Below are positions 9,885-23,157 of a stretch of 64,000 nt of DNA, in pieces; positions within the stretch are counted from its first letter, which is position 1; every line of letters begins with the position of its first letter. Under the pieces are notes generated by a model. The model worked only from the letters and a program-made list of their open reading frames with translations, made no database searches and was not told the origin of the DNA. Where the stretch lies: the NCBI GenBank assembly GCA_950097015.1, contig CATNEN010000025.1:682001-746000 (forward strand), read 5' to 3'. A program made the translations under genes and the position numbers. This stretch comes from Macrostomum hystrix. Lineage: Eukaryota > Animalia > Platyhelminthes.

Positions 9885-12005
9885 CCCGTGCACATGCCGC
9901 ACTTCACTGCGTCCGCCAGTAGGTCCGTGACTGGGTCCACCCGTGCACATGCCGTACTTCACTGTCCCCCTCTCCGACACCCGTGCACATGCCGTACTTC
10001 ACTATGTCCCCCCTCTCCGACACCCGTGCACATGCCGCACTTCACTGTCCCCCTCTCCGACAAACGTGCACATATGCTGTACTTCACTGTTTCCCCCCTC
10101 TCCGACACCCGTGCACATGCCGTACTTCACTGTGTCCCCCCTCTCTGACACCCGTGCACATGCCGTACTTCACTGTGTCCCCCCTCTCTGACACCCGTGC
10201 ACATGCCGTACTTCACTGTGTCCCCCCTCTCTGACACCCGTGCACATGCCGTACTTCACTGTGTCCCCCCTCTCTGACACACGTGCACATGCCGTATTTC
10301 ACTGTGTCCCCCTCTCCGACACCCGTGCACATGCCGTATTTCACTGTGTCCCCCTCTCCGACACCCGTGCACATGACGTACTTCACTGTGTCCCCCCTCT
10401 CTGACACCCGTGCACATGCCGTACTTCACTGTGTCCCCCCTCTCCGACACACGTGCACATGCCGTATTTCACTGTGTCCCCCTCTCCGACACCCGTGCAC
10501 ATGCCGTACTTCACTGTGTCCCCCCTCTCCGACACCCGTGCACATGCCGTACTTCACTGTGTCCCCCCTCTCTGACACCCGTGCACATGCCGTACTTCAC
10601 TGTGTCCCCCCTCTCTGACACCCGTGCACATGCCGTACTTCACTGTGTCCCCCTCTCCGACACCCGTGCACATGCCGTATTTCACTGTGTCCCCCCTCTC
10701 CGACACCCGTGCACATGCCGTACTTCACTGTGTCCCCTCCGACACACGTGCACATGCCGTACTTCACTGTGTCCCCCCTCTCCGACACACGTGCACATGC
10801 CGTATTTCACTGTGTCCCCCTCTCCGACACCCGTGCACATGCCGTATTTCACTGTGTCCCCCTCTCCGACACCCGTGCACATGCCGTACTTCACTGTGTC
10901 CCCCCTCTCTGACACCCGTGCACATGCCGTACTTCACTGTGTCCCCCCTCTCCGACACACGTGCACATGCCGTATTTCACTGTGTCCCCCTCTCCGACAC
11001 CCGTGCACATGCCGTACTTCACTGTGTCCCCCCTCTCCGACACCCGTGCACATGCCGTACTTCACTGTGTCCCCCCTCTCTGACACCCGTGCACATGCCG
11101 TACTTCACTGTGTCCCCCCTCTCTGACACCCGTGCACATGCCGTACTTCACTGTGTCCCCCCTCTCTGACACCCGTGCACATGCCGTACTTCACTGTGTC
11201 CCCCTCTCCGACACCCGTGCACATGCCGTATTTCACTGTGTCCCCCTCTCCGACACCCGTGCACATGCCGTACTTCACTGTGTCCCCCCTCTCTGACACC
11301 CGTGCACATGCCGTACTTCACTGTGTCCCCCCTCTCCGACACACGTGCACATGCCGTATTTCACTGTGTCCCCCTCTCCGACACCCGTGCACATGCCGTA
11401 CTTCACTGTGTCCCCCCTCTCCGACACCCGTGCACATGCCGTACTTCACTGTGTCCCCCCTCTCTGACACCCGTGCACATGCCGTACTTCACTGTGTCCC
11501 CCCTCTCTGACACCCGTGCACATGCCGTACTTCACTGTGTCCCCCCTCTCTGACACCCGTGCACATGCCGTACTTCACTGTGTCCCCCTCTCCGACACCC
11601 GTGCACATGCCGTATTTCACTGTGTCCCCCCTCTCCGACACCCGTGCACATGCCGTACTTCACTGTGTCCCCCCTCTCTGACACCCGTGCACATGCCGTA
11701 CTTCACTGTGTCCCCCTCTCTGACACCCGTGCACATGCCGTACTTCACTGTGTCCCCCCTCTCTGACACCCGTGCACATGCCGTACTTCACTGTGTCCCC
11801 CTCTCCGACACCCGTGCACATGCCGTATTTCACTGTGTCCCCCCTATCTGACACCCGTGCACATGCCGCACTTCACTGTCCCCCTCTCCGACAAACGTGC
11901 ACATGCCGTATTTCACTGTGTCCCCCCTATCTGACACCCGTGCACATGCCGCACTTCACTGTCCCCCTCTCCGACAAACGTGCACATGCCGTACTTCACT
12001 GTGTC
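9885..12005. repeat. ~43-bp minisatellite (CACCCGTGCACATGCCGTACTTCACTGTGTCCCCCCTCTCYGA), ~49 copies
   Basis: Tandem units are directly visible. They account for all ORFs between 9888 and 12044. Confidence 0.97.
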
Positions 12006-13678
12006 CGCCTTCTCCATGCCGCCCTACCATTCTCATCCAAATGAAAATGGTGCCGTGACAAGCAGCGTTGTAAAGTTGTCTTATACATGCTTGTCTAAAG
12101 CATTGAAGAGGCGTAGGAATGTTGCTAGTTCCAAATGCTCAAGACGTGTAAGCAACACATCATTAATACCTGTAATCCTAGCTCTATTACGCCTTGTTTC
12201 ATGACTTCCAGATGCTTTCGCATTTTCATTCGTTTCATTTCTCAATAACACCGGACCTGTTATGAAGTGACTCAAAAGCGCTTCTAAAATGACTAGACGC
12301 GGGTGTCGCTTTGTCGAGCATCGTCCTCGACCCAAGCCGGAACCTTTCCATCCAGATTACAGCGCAGTCGCAAAGTATTATATTTATTTAACCTGTTTTA
12401 TTTAGTAATCCAACTAGTGATTTTATTTTTTGATAATTATAGAAAATATCTAATACATTCTTTATAATAATTTTAGATTTTCTGTGTTTTATATTCAGTA
12501 TTGTACGAGGATGCTTCAAAAGTGTACGAGGATTTCAGAATAACTTGTCGTCACAAGTTGAAAATTCAATCTCTTAGAAACACTTGATCACAGGTTTCCG
12601 TCAAAAAGCACGATTTTTGAGTCACAACTACTGATAAACTTTTTCTGCATCCCTCGTATACATACATTTTTATATCTTCGCTCAAGTCGCATGACTTTGT
12701 TATGCGTCTTTATGCTTCGTTTATATGTTACTGTCATTTTCCGTACAATTGATGATCGAATGTTCGAAAGGTAGCTCAGTAGCTTATATATTAAAACCTT
12801 AAAAAACTGATTTGACATTTTAGATTGCTTAAAAGCAGTGTTTGAAGGCAGTCGTTTGAGATTCAGGTCGCTTAAAGGCAGTCGTTTGAAATTCCGAGTG
12901 TTTAAATTCGTGAAAACTAACGGTTGAAGACATTCTTTCTGATTCTGATGCTAATGCTTGTGGTAAAAATACAATATAATAAAGATAGTGGAAACATAAA
13001 TATAGTCTGTACTTTATACTATCATGGCCATTATATTTTCATTTTCATTTTCAACAACTAAACTATTAGTCAATCGGAGAATCGCGCGAAATCCGGAAAT
13101 TTCGTCGTTCTCCTCAACCCGTTTGTTAATATCAGTTCATGTGGCACTCAATCAGTTTAGTAGGTGTCTACCAGTTCTGTATCGCTGTTCGGGTTTATAT
13201 GAACTCATCAACAGTTAGTTGACAAGGATCATGTTAATAATTTCTCGTGTATAATGAAGTCCTTAATTCCCATTCTTTCCATGAATGCTTGAATTTCACA
13301 TTATATTTCTTTTCACTGATAAAAAAATCTTTCATTGTTTTATATTTAATTCGACCGCGACAGTTTAAGTTACAGTTTAAGCACGCAAATGACTAGAAGT
13401 TCGTGGAAAGCGCAAAGTGAAGTATCCTAAGGCTAAATTATTTGGTCACATCAGATTATCTCTGGTATAGTGTATGTACGAGTATAATATAGCGCAAACA
13501 GGCTAGAAATTAGTTTCTTGTAGAACTACATACTACTTGTATTAATAGAAGGCTTTCATCTGTTTCATGGCTTTATATAATAATCCAGATGTCACAATTT
13601 TCAATTGAAATTTTTTGATCCTAACTTATGTCAGTTTACAACTCATCTAAATGACCTATACTTCAATTTATTTTGCAG

Positions 13679-16600
13679 GCTACTGAGCAGAGACTTGAGT
13701 ACTTTAAGTCGCTGGCCCGCGACGGCCTCATCGACTCTAATGGTGGCATCCGTGCGGCGGAGGCGGTGCCGAAGCTATACGAGAGGATGCTAACAGCTAG
13801 CAAACTGGTCACGAAGGCCATCATGCTGAATGTGATCAAGTACACGGATCAGACGGACAAGATGACTGCACTGTGTCGCAGCGGCGGTTGGCGTCTGCTC
13901 AATCGTTGGCTTGCCGAAGCCAGACGCGACGAGAACCGCGCCTTAGAGAAGCTCCTATTGGAGGTGTTCCACCGGCTGCCCGTCACAGTTGAGATGCTGA
14001 AGAGCAACGACTCGGCCAAGATGGTTAAGCACATCGCTAAGGGTAAGAACAATGGCGAGCTGGCTGACTTGGCCTCCAGCCTGGTTGACAAGTGGATGGA
14101 ACAAATCAAAGCGGAGATGCCGCTGCCGCCGCCGCAGCAACAGCAGCCTCAAACTGCGTCAGCTGGCGACGGAAGCGGCCCGCCTGAGCACAAGCGCAAG
14201 CGGCTGGACAGCGGAAGCGACGAGCAGCAGCAACGCCGCTCTGCCGAGAAGTCTTCATCATCGGAGAAGAAGCAGCGTAAGACACCGTCGACTGCGCGCA
14301 CCGCGCCGTCGCACTTTCGCGACACCAACCTGCTGGCCTCGGACGAGCCGCCTTTGGCGCCAACCGCATCTTCATCGGCGGCAGCAGCGGCAGCGAAGGC
14401 AAAGAGCGATGCTGCCAGCGATTCGTCGGCTCCGTTGGCTAAGCGTAAGCGGCCAGACACGGACCTGGAGTCCATTCACGCCTCCATCAGCGTGAAACCC
14501 AACCAGGACTCGGCTAAGAGCGGCTCAAATCATTCTCAACAGCAGCAGCAGCAGGGCCTGCAAAAGAAGCGACCGATCGGAGAGCTGCACCTGGACTCCG
14601 GCTTCATGGATTCGCTGTTCTCCAATGGTGGCCAGCCGTCAGTCGGTGGTTCCGCTAGCGGCGGCGCTGGCGGCAATGGCCAGCAGGCGCAGCAGCACGG
14701 CGCTAAGCTGGTGCGCAAGCGCAAAAAGTCCGATGGCTCTGCGGCGCCGAATTCTGGCAGCGGGGCTACTCCAACAACGCCGGAATCGCCTTCGGGCCCG
14801 TCGCAGTCGCCGTTCTCAGCTCAACCTTCGTCCGCTTCCCAGGCGGCATCGGCGCCCAGCCCGACTGAGGCAGAAAATGACGTCCCGGTTGCGACCTCCG
14901 GCCTTGCCTCTTCCGTCGGCAAGAAATCAGGCAGGCGTGTGAGCTGGGCTCCTGACGAGCACCTGGAGCAGGTGTCCTACTTTGAACTGGACGAAACCGA
15001 GCGCGTCAACGTCAATAGGCAGAGCGTTGAAGAGCTGTCTAGGCAGGAGCATGAGCGGGAGCGCGAATTGGTCAGCAAGGCGCGCAAGGAGAGCCTGAGG
15101 GATGGTTGCAACGGTGGTGCCACCAGCGGCGGCGACGTGGACTCGGCCCTGCAGCTGCAGCGGGGCCGGCCACCGCAGTGGTACCGTCCGCGGCTAATCA
15201 GCGGCCTGCCGGCCTACGCCGCCGAGTCAGCTAGCGGACGAAAGTCGACAGAGCGCGGCCGGCAGGCCAAGAAGCAGGAGGCCATCCTGCAGGTGATCTA
15301 TTTCAGCCGGGACGCAGTGCCGCCCAGCCCGGCCGAGCCGGAAGTTGAGCACGCGGAGCCGGAGGAGCCTCGGCTGATTCCGCTCGAGGACGTGTCAAAA
15401 ACTTCGCTGCCGCCGCCGCCGCCTCCTCAACCGCAAGCGCCGCCGCCCCAGCAGCAGACGGCGGTGGTCCAGCCAAAGCAGGTGCCGCCGCCGCAGAGTC
15501 AGAAGACGCAGCAGCCGGCTGAGCCGCAGCTGCCCGAGCAGCCGCCGATCTCAGTCTCAACAGTTCTTCCGAACCCGGATTCCGTTGTCGAACCTGCCCC
15601 CTCTTCAGCATCAGCCAATTCTTCGTCGACCATTCCGTCGGTTTCCTCAACAATTTCGGCCAATTCCACCGCGTCTTCTTCGTCAATTTCAACTTCTTCA
15701 GTGACGCCCGCTAGCGTGTCGGATCTGTTGATAACAATCGGCAAATCCTCGGACGGCGGTTTGGCCCTGAAGGATGAGGTGCGTGTTGTCTTGTCTTGTT
15801 GTGATGACAGTTAGCCCAGTGTTTAGTGCTTCGGAGGTCGGAAGTTTTCTATTCCGAACTATTCCGAACTTCAAATCCCGAACTAAAGGAAACAAATTAT
15901 ATGCTTATAAGGTTGATCTGGCGCTGCCACGTACTGGTCTGTCTTAAATCAAAGTTTTTTCTAACAATTACAAACAAACAAATTTGAAACCATTGTCCCT
16001 CAGGTGGCGGACATTCTCAAGCAGGTGACCCGCAACCTGACCACTGCGTCAGCCACTGTCGCCTCCCAGCCGGCGCCAGCGATCGAGGCAGCAGCCCAGC
16101 CGTCAATTAAGGAGGCCCTTTGGCGGCTGTTGCGCTCTCGCTATCCGGACCTGCATCTGCAGAGAAGCGAGGACCTGACCGTGGATCGGATTCGCAGCCT
16201 ATTGGAGCCGCTCAAAGAGGAACTGGCGGCTAGCGGCATGTTTCCACAGGTTGGTGTTAACCTAATTATCTCTTATAGAATGCAAAGAATACAGCTTTTT
16301 CATGCTCTTGACGCGCTCCAAAGATCAAGGGTCGCCCATTCTCCTATCCTGGGATCCAGCTCAGCCTGACTGTATTCCTACAAGTCAGGAGGTAAAAAGT
16401 TGCCGAACACATAAAACGAGTTCTTGGTGATGTGGCGAATGGTTTGCAGTGCCGCTTGGCTGTCAGAGTGGATGCGCAGGAGCTGATGGCCACGAGCTTA
16501 ATTTCTGACTTCCTAACGCTGATTTCTAGGTACTGGCGTCCCTACTGCCCCAGCAGCCAAACCTGGCGGTGCCGCCGCCGCCGCAGCCGTCGCTGCCGCC

Positions 16601-16871
16601 GCCATCCGTCTTCATGCATCCGCCGCCGCAGTCAGTCGGCGGTCCCGGCGGCGTCTATCCGCCGTACCGGCCACCTCAGCACGCGAGATTCTCGCATCCG
16701 CCGCCTATGCCGGGTCATCTGCACCGCCCGCCTGGACCGCCCCGACATCGGCTGCATCGGCCGCCTGGCCAGCAGCAGCAGCAGGAGCAAGCTCCGCGCG
16801 GTGTCTGCCGGTCCTGGTTCGCCACTGGCGAGTGTCGCCGATCCGACTGCCGATTCAGACACCAGCTCTGA
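13679..16871 (+). CDS. PPP1R10: PP1 nuclear targeting subunit PNUTS orthologue; exons 13679-15778, 16004-16249, 16530-16871 (895 aa plus an unlocated first exon)
   Basis: TFIIS-N/TND-like domain (GGWRLLNRWL...LPVTVEMLKSNDSAKMVK), PP1-docking RRVSW followed by YFELDETERVNV as in PNUTS, and a C-terminal CCCH finger (CRSWFATGECRRSDCRFRH). All junctions are phase-0 GT-AG. Confidence 0.93.
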
Positions 16872-17511
16872 CCAGCTAACTCGCTAACCATGCGTTGTCA
16901 TAGTAACTGTCGGCTTTTTTTAACAACTAATTTTTCAAATTTAATTAATTTTTTTGCAGTGATAATGCCATCTTACCTTTATCTTGGCTCCGATACAAAT
17001 TAAATTTCTTGCTGCTAGTTTTCTTACCCTCGTGTTATACTTTTCAAGTGTGGATTTCTTTTAGCTGCTAAGCACTTTGTGTACAGATAAATCGATTTAT
17101 TTGTGTACAAAATGGCAAAGCAACGATATGTGTGAGAATTGAGCAAAAAACCCAAATCTATTCACTTGTTACAGAAATGTCTTTGTGCAGTCTTTGTTTT
17201 TTACTGCTTTGTAGCTAGCTCCTCCGCATGCCAGCATTGCCCACCCATATTAATTACGAGCTACTGGCTAATCAATTATAACATAAACATCAGGCTTTGT
17301 ACAGGCCTTTAATAATATACTCGAAAGCTGTGTTAACTGTAGAAGCCAGTGATTCGGTGTATATAAGAAGCTAAAGTTTGACTCTCCATTTGCGGTGAAG
17401 TTTTTTTCCAGACTCGCGCCTCTGACTTGTTCGTTTTCTAGAGTGTTCGTCGAAGTAGCGTTTTAACAGCTTAACCAAGGTTCATTCGACTTGTAGCTGT
17501 GGGGTCGTTGA

Positions 17512-18000
17512 ACTGGTATTTGAAGGGTATTGTACTAGTATTTGAAGGGTATTGACTAGTATTTGAAGGGTATTGTACTAGTATTTGAAGGTTTATTCAA
17601 CTAGAATTCGAAGGGTCATTGGACTAGGATCAGAAGGGTCATTTGACTAGGATCAGAAGGGTCATTTGACTAGGATCAGAAGGGTCATTTAACTAGGATC
17701 AGAAGGGTCATTGGACTAGTATTTGAAATGTCATTGGACTTAGATCAGAAGGGTCATTGGACTAGGATCAGAAGTGTCATTGGACTAGGATCAGAAGGGT
17801 CATTGGACTAGGATCAGAAGGGTCATTGGACTAGTATTTGAAATGTCATTGGACTTGGATCAGAAGGGTCATTGGACTAGGATTAAAAGGGTCATTGGAC
17901 TAGTATTTGAAATGTCATTGACCATGTATTTGAAGGTTCATTGAACAAGTATTTGAAATGTCATTGACCATGTATTTGAAGGTTCATTGAACTACTATCT
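17512..18000. repeat. ~23-bp minisatellite (GACTAGGATCAGAAGGGTCATTG)
   Basis: Tandem units are visible and degenerate at both ends. Confidence 0.9.
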
Positions 18001-18807
18001 GAAGGTTCTTTTAACTAGTGTCTGAAGGAAAAATAAACTTTATTCTAAAAGATCCGATAACCTTTGAATTATTAATAATGTTAACATTTTTTAATTTCGA
18101 GAATACAATTGATAATAATGTACTTGTAGGTATGAGTTCGGCTTGTCAAGCTGTCAACTATGTGTTCCCTAGCTACTTTATTGTTTTTCACTTGTTACGA
18201 GCAATTTACGAGTAAATATACTTGTGTTGTAGCATTGATTGCACAATTTGGATGTAGAAATCGATGCGTATTTTCTGCCTTTTTGCGCTCATTTTCCTAC
18301 TCTGAGTTTGAGCAGCAGTAGTATGTTTAACAAATTTTGCATATTATTCTATCGCATTAGTATTGAATCAGCGCTTCGCTCTCTTCTACAGTCAAGCGAG
18401 CGGAAGGACCGGGTTACACCTCGGGAATTCAGCAAGGTTGGCTCCCACTCCCACTAATTGGCTATCTAATTAATTGTCACGGTGTTTGTGTTGATCATGG
18501 CTTTAACACTACTCGACAATCGAGTCGAAGAATGAAGCACTCTTTTAATGTACAGCCGTGCCCCTCCCTTAGCAACCCAATTCTTCGTAGTGCGAAGTAC
18601 ACTTGTCGATTATGCCTGATTGAGTTTCATTCATCATGTGCAGATGCTTACCCGTCTCGTGGACCAGGTGCCTCAAAACCTAAAGTTATCCATTTGAGGT
18701 ATTTTAACTACTCATAGTTTCATTAAACTTTACTAATTATAAAAATCCGGCGAAACTTCACATCGTATATAGTTGCTTCCCAATTCACACATTCTTTTCA
18801 TCCAGCT

Positions 18808-20298
18808 CTCATCCCATCTATCCCTCCTCCCATCTAGCCCTCTTCCCATCTAGCCCTCTTCCCATCTAGCTCTCTTCCCATCTAGCCCTCTTCCCATCTA
18901 GCCCTCTTCCCATCTAGCCCTCTTCCATCTAGCTCTCTTCCCATCTAGCCCTCTTCCCATTTAGCCCTCTTCCCATCCATCCCTCTTCCCATCTAGCCCT
19001 CCTCCCATCTATCCCTCTTCCCATCTATCCCTCTTCCCATCTAGCCCTCCTCCCATCTAGCCCTCCTCCCATATAGCTCTCTTCCCATCTAGCCCTCTTC
19101 CCATTTAGCCCTCTTCCCATCCATCCCTCTTCCCATCTAGCCCTCCTCCCATCTATCCCTCTTCCCATCTATCCCTCTTCCCATCTAGCCCTCCTCCCAT
19201 CTAGCCCTCCTCCCATCTATCCCTCTTCCCATCTAGCCCTCCTCCCATATGGCCCTCCTCCCATCTAGCCCTCCTCCCATCTAGCCCTCTTCCCATCTAG
19301 CCCTCTTCCCATCTAGCTCTCTTCCCCATCTTAGCTCGATACCTTTTCCCATCTATCCCTCTTCCCATCTAGCCCTCCTCCCATATAGCCCTCCTCCCAT
19401 CTAGCCCTCCTCCCATCTATCCCTCTTCCCATCTAGCCCTCCTCCCATATGGCCCTCCTCCCATCTAGCCCTCCTCCCATCTAGCCCTCCTCCCATATAG
19501 CCCTCCTCCCATATAGCCCTCCTCCCATCTAGCCCTCCTCCCATCTAGCCCTCTTCCCATCTAGCCCTCCTCCCATATAGCCCTCCTCCCATCTTGCCCT
19601 CTTCCCATCTATCCCTCTTCCCATCTAGCCCTCTTCCCATCTAGCCCTCTTCCCATCTAGCCCTCCTCCCATCTAGCCCTCCTCCCATATAGCCCTCCTC
19701 CCATCTAGCCCTCTTCCCATCTAGCCCTCTTCCCATCTAGCCCTCCTCCCATATAGCCCTCCTCCCATCTTGCCCTCTTCCCATCTATCCCTCTTCCCAT
19801 CTAGCCCTCTTCCCATCTAGCCCTCTTCCCATCTAGCCCTCCTCCCATCTAGCCCTCCTCCCATCTAGCCCTCCTCCCATCTATCCCTCTTCCCATCTAT
19901 CCCTCTTTCCATCTAGCCCTCTTCCCATCTAGCCCTCTTCCCATCTAGCCCTCTTCCCATCTAGCCCTCTTCCCATCTAGCCCTCCTCCCATCTAGCCCT
20001 CTTCCCATCTATCCCTCTTCCCATCTAGCTCTCTTCCCATCTAGCTCTCTTCCCATCTATCCCTCTTCCCATCTATCCCTCTTTCCATCTAGCCCTCTTC
20101 CCATCTAGCCCTCTTCCCATCTAGCCCTCTTCCCATCTAGCCCTCTTCCCATCTAGCCCTCCTCCCATCTAGCCCTCTTCCCATCTATCCCTCTTCCCAT
20201 CTAGCTCTCTTCCCATCTAGCTCTCTTCCCATCTATCCCTCTTCCCATCTAGCCCTTTTCCGATCTAGCCCTCTTCCCATCTAGCTCTCTTCCCATCT
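18808..20298. repeat. 16-bp pyrimidine-rich minisatellite (CCCATCTAGCCCTCTT), ~90 copies
   Basis: Tandem units are visible. Confidence 0.97.
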
Positions 20299-21061
20299 GA
20301 TCGACAGTGTCTAGAATAATTTGACAAGCCCAACTGATTGACAGGCATCACTTTGACAAGCCCGCAATCCTATAAATTTTAATAGTCGTCATCTATTTTA
20401 ATTGCAGTACTCAATGCTCTCTGCTTACCGAATGGGCCAAAAACTATCGCCATTTGTTGCCTAGTTATTTATTACAGCTCAGAATTACCTAGCGGCAAAA
20501 AAATCGTATCATTACACAGGATCAGTGTATTCTCAAACGAATCTTGTCACGTGTTACGTAACCGTCACAACCAATAGTTAAGCCTAGCTCTCTCCTCAGA
20601 CGCATGCGAGATAGCTCTAAAATCGGATAAAACATCTAAGAAATTCTAGTTGCTATATAGGGTTGCGCTTTTCCCATTGTGGCTTAACCTGGCCTATCGA
20701 GCACATTATTATACCTGTTGATTATATGGCATTATATACATTGTGCCTATGTAGACATGTATCTTAACCTTTTGAGGGATTTGTTTTTACGTAATTTTAT
20801 GGATACTACACTCGTAGTATTACGCTTAGGTTACTATCTATAGATACGAGGAGAGATGCAACGCTTATAATAATTGAGAAGGATAAGAACATTTAATTGC
20901 ACAAGATTTGCCTCTTAACATCACTATACTACTATAATTCGCTGCTTATTTAACTCTAAGGCCACCCCTGTTGAGACAACTACTGTTCATTATCTTGACA
21001 CCACTAGAGTATTGTCCCATGTTTACTTTATTGTACTATCGATCTAACTCCTCTTCTCCTT

Positions 21062-22075
21062 TCTCCAACGTCTATTTTCATTTCTCCCATGTCTACCTCC
21101 TTCTTCTCCCATCTCTACCCCTCTTCTCCCATCTCTACCCCCTCTTCTCCCATCTCTACCTCCTAGGCCTCTTCTCCCATCTCTACCTCCCTCTTCTCCC
21201 ATCTCTACCTCCCTCTACTCCTATCTCTACCTCCCTCTTCTCCTATCTCTACTTCCCTCTTCTCCTATCTCTACCTCCCTCTTCTCCTATCTCTACCTCC
21301 CTCTTCTCCTATCTCTACCTCCCTCTTCTCCCATCTCTACCTCCCTCTTCTCCTATCTCTACCTCCCTCTTCTCCCATCTCTACCTCCCTCTTCTCATAT
21401 CTCTACCTCCCTCTTCTCCTATCTCTACCTCCCTCTTCTCCTATCTCTACCTCCCTCTTCTCCTATCTCTACCTCCCTCTTCTCCCATCTCTACCTCCCT
21501 CTTCTCCCATCTCTACCCCCTCTTCTCCCATCTCTACCTCCTAGGCCTCTTCTCCCATCTCTACCTCCCTCTTCTCCCATCTCTACCTCCCTCTACTCCT
21601 ATCTCTACCTCCCTCTTCTCCTATCTCTACTTCCCTCTTCTCCTATCTCTACCTCCCTCTTCTCCTATCTCTACCTCCCTCTTCTCCTATCTCTACCTCC
21701 CTCTTCTCCCATCTCTACCTCCCTCTTCTCCTATCTCTACCTCCCTCTTCTCCCATCTCTACCTCCCTCTTCTCATATCTCTACCTCCCTCTTCTCCTAT
21801 CTCTACCTCCCTCTTCTCCTATCTCTACCTCCCTCTTCTCCTATCTCTACCTCCCTCTTCTCCCATCTCTACCTCCCTCTTCTCCCATCTCTACCTCCCT
21901 CTTCTCCCATCTCTACCTCCCTCTTCTCCTATCTCTACCTCCCTCTTCTCCTATCTCTACCTCCCTCTTCTCCTATCTCTACCTCCCTCTTCTCCCATCT
22001 CTACCTCCCTCTTCTCCTATCTCTACCTCCCTCTTCTCTTATCTCTACCTCCCTCTTCTCCCATCTCTTCTGCCT
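21062..22075. repeat. 22-bp CT-rich minisatellite (CTCTTCTCCYATCTCTACCTCC)
   Basis: Tandem units are visible. They explain the 383-aa ORF at 20971. Confidence 0.97.
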
Positions 22076-23157
22076 CTCCTATATCTACACAACCTCCGTT
22101 TTCTTCTGCTAAAACATATTAGGTAAAAATTACAATTGTAATGATTGTAATCTATGATTTTAATGATTGTAATCTATGATTGTAATGATTGTAATCTATG
22201 ATTGTAATGATTGTAATCTATAACGTGACAGTACTCTTCGCTGCTTTTTCTTCTCGGTTTTCTTAACTCTTACATTTTGTTAAATGTGATATTTTTTAAC
22301 AGCCGTCCGGACGTCAGCATCGTCGAGATATTCAACGATTCTTGTCGAGGACCCTGGTGACAAGTACAAGTATCTAACATCGCTGTGTAAATTCATATTC
22401 ACTCTACTGTTTAAAGAAACGAAAAACAATAAAGACCTTTCAGTTTTGATCATTTTCTGAATTATGTTCTACTAAAAATAGTGAAATACCTGTAGTGGCT
22501 AATGAACGCAACAGCCTGCACAAATGTACATGCTCTATAAACATGCTCACACACATACGAACGAATATATTATATAGTAATGAACGACAAGTACTTACTA
22601 CTTCTGTAAAGTTTTCGATATTTTTCTGTTAAATGGAGGGCATGTTTTGCATTAAAAAGAACATAAAATGTCGCATTCACGCAATTGTGGCACTGATTTT
22701 AAACAACATCTGCATTACGTAAAAACGGACAAAGGCTAACAAGCTAAGGGACAGGGGGCAATACAGGTGGCATTATTATATAAACTGCAGTCGAAAAGTA
22801 CAGCTTACTAGATTATAACCGGCTTTCTATGCTGAAATGGGTTCGAGTTTAAATAAAAGTACAAACAGATACGCCTTGAAAAGTCTGGAAAGAAACAAAC
22901 AGAAAAGCTAAACTAGCTACACTAAACAAACAAGAATGCGGCAGTAAAACATCTAGATTAAATGAACAGAAACACCAGCTTCAGCCAATGCAGCAGATGA
23001 AAGCTGAAAACTGTCCTTGGGTTCCGTAACAACTCATAAAATAATAGCTATCGCGTGGGAAAGTTTTTAAAGAGAAATGCAAAGAAAACTAAACAAAAAT
23101 TTTATAAATAAGAGGATTGCATTTTAGCTGAGAATAATGCTGCAGGAAATGCGGGCC

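Noticed and set aside
9885-12005. CRISPR-like array or His/Cys-rich repeat protein
   Set aside because: The units are contiguous with no unique spacers, there are no cas genes, and the context is eukaryotic. The ORFs simply reflect the repeat.
12081-12335. 84-aa minus-strand ORF as a gene divergent from PNUTS
   Set aside because: No recognisable motif, and I could not build a consistent splice model with the segment at 9670-9880.
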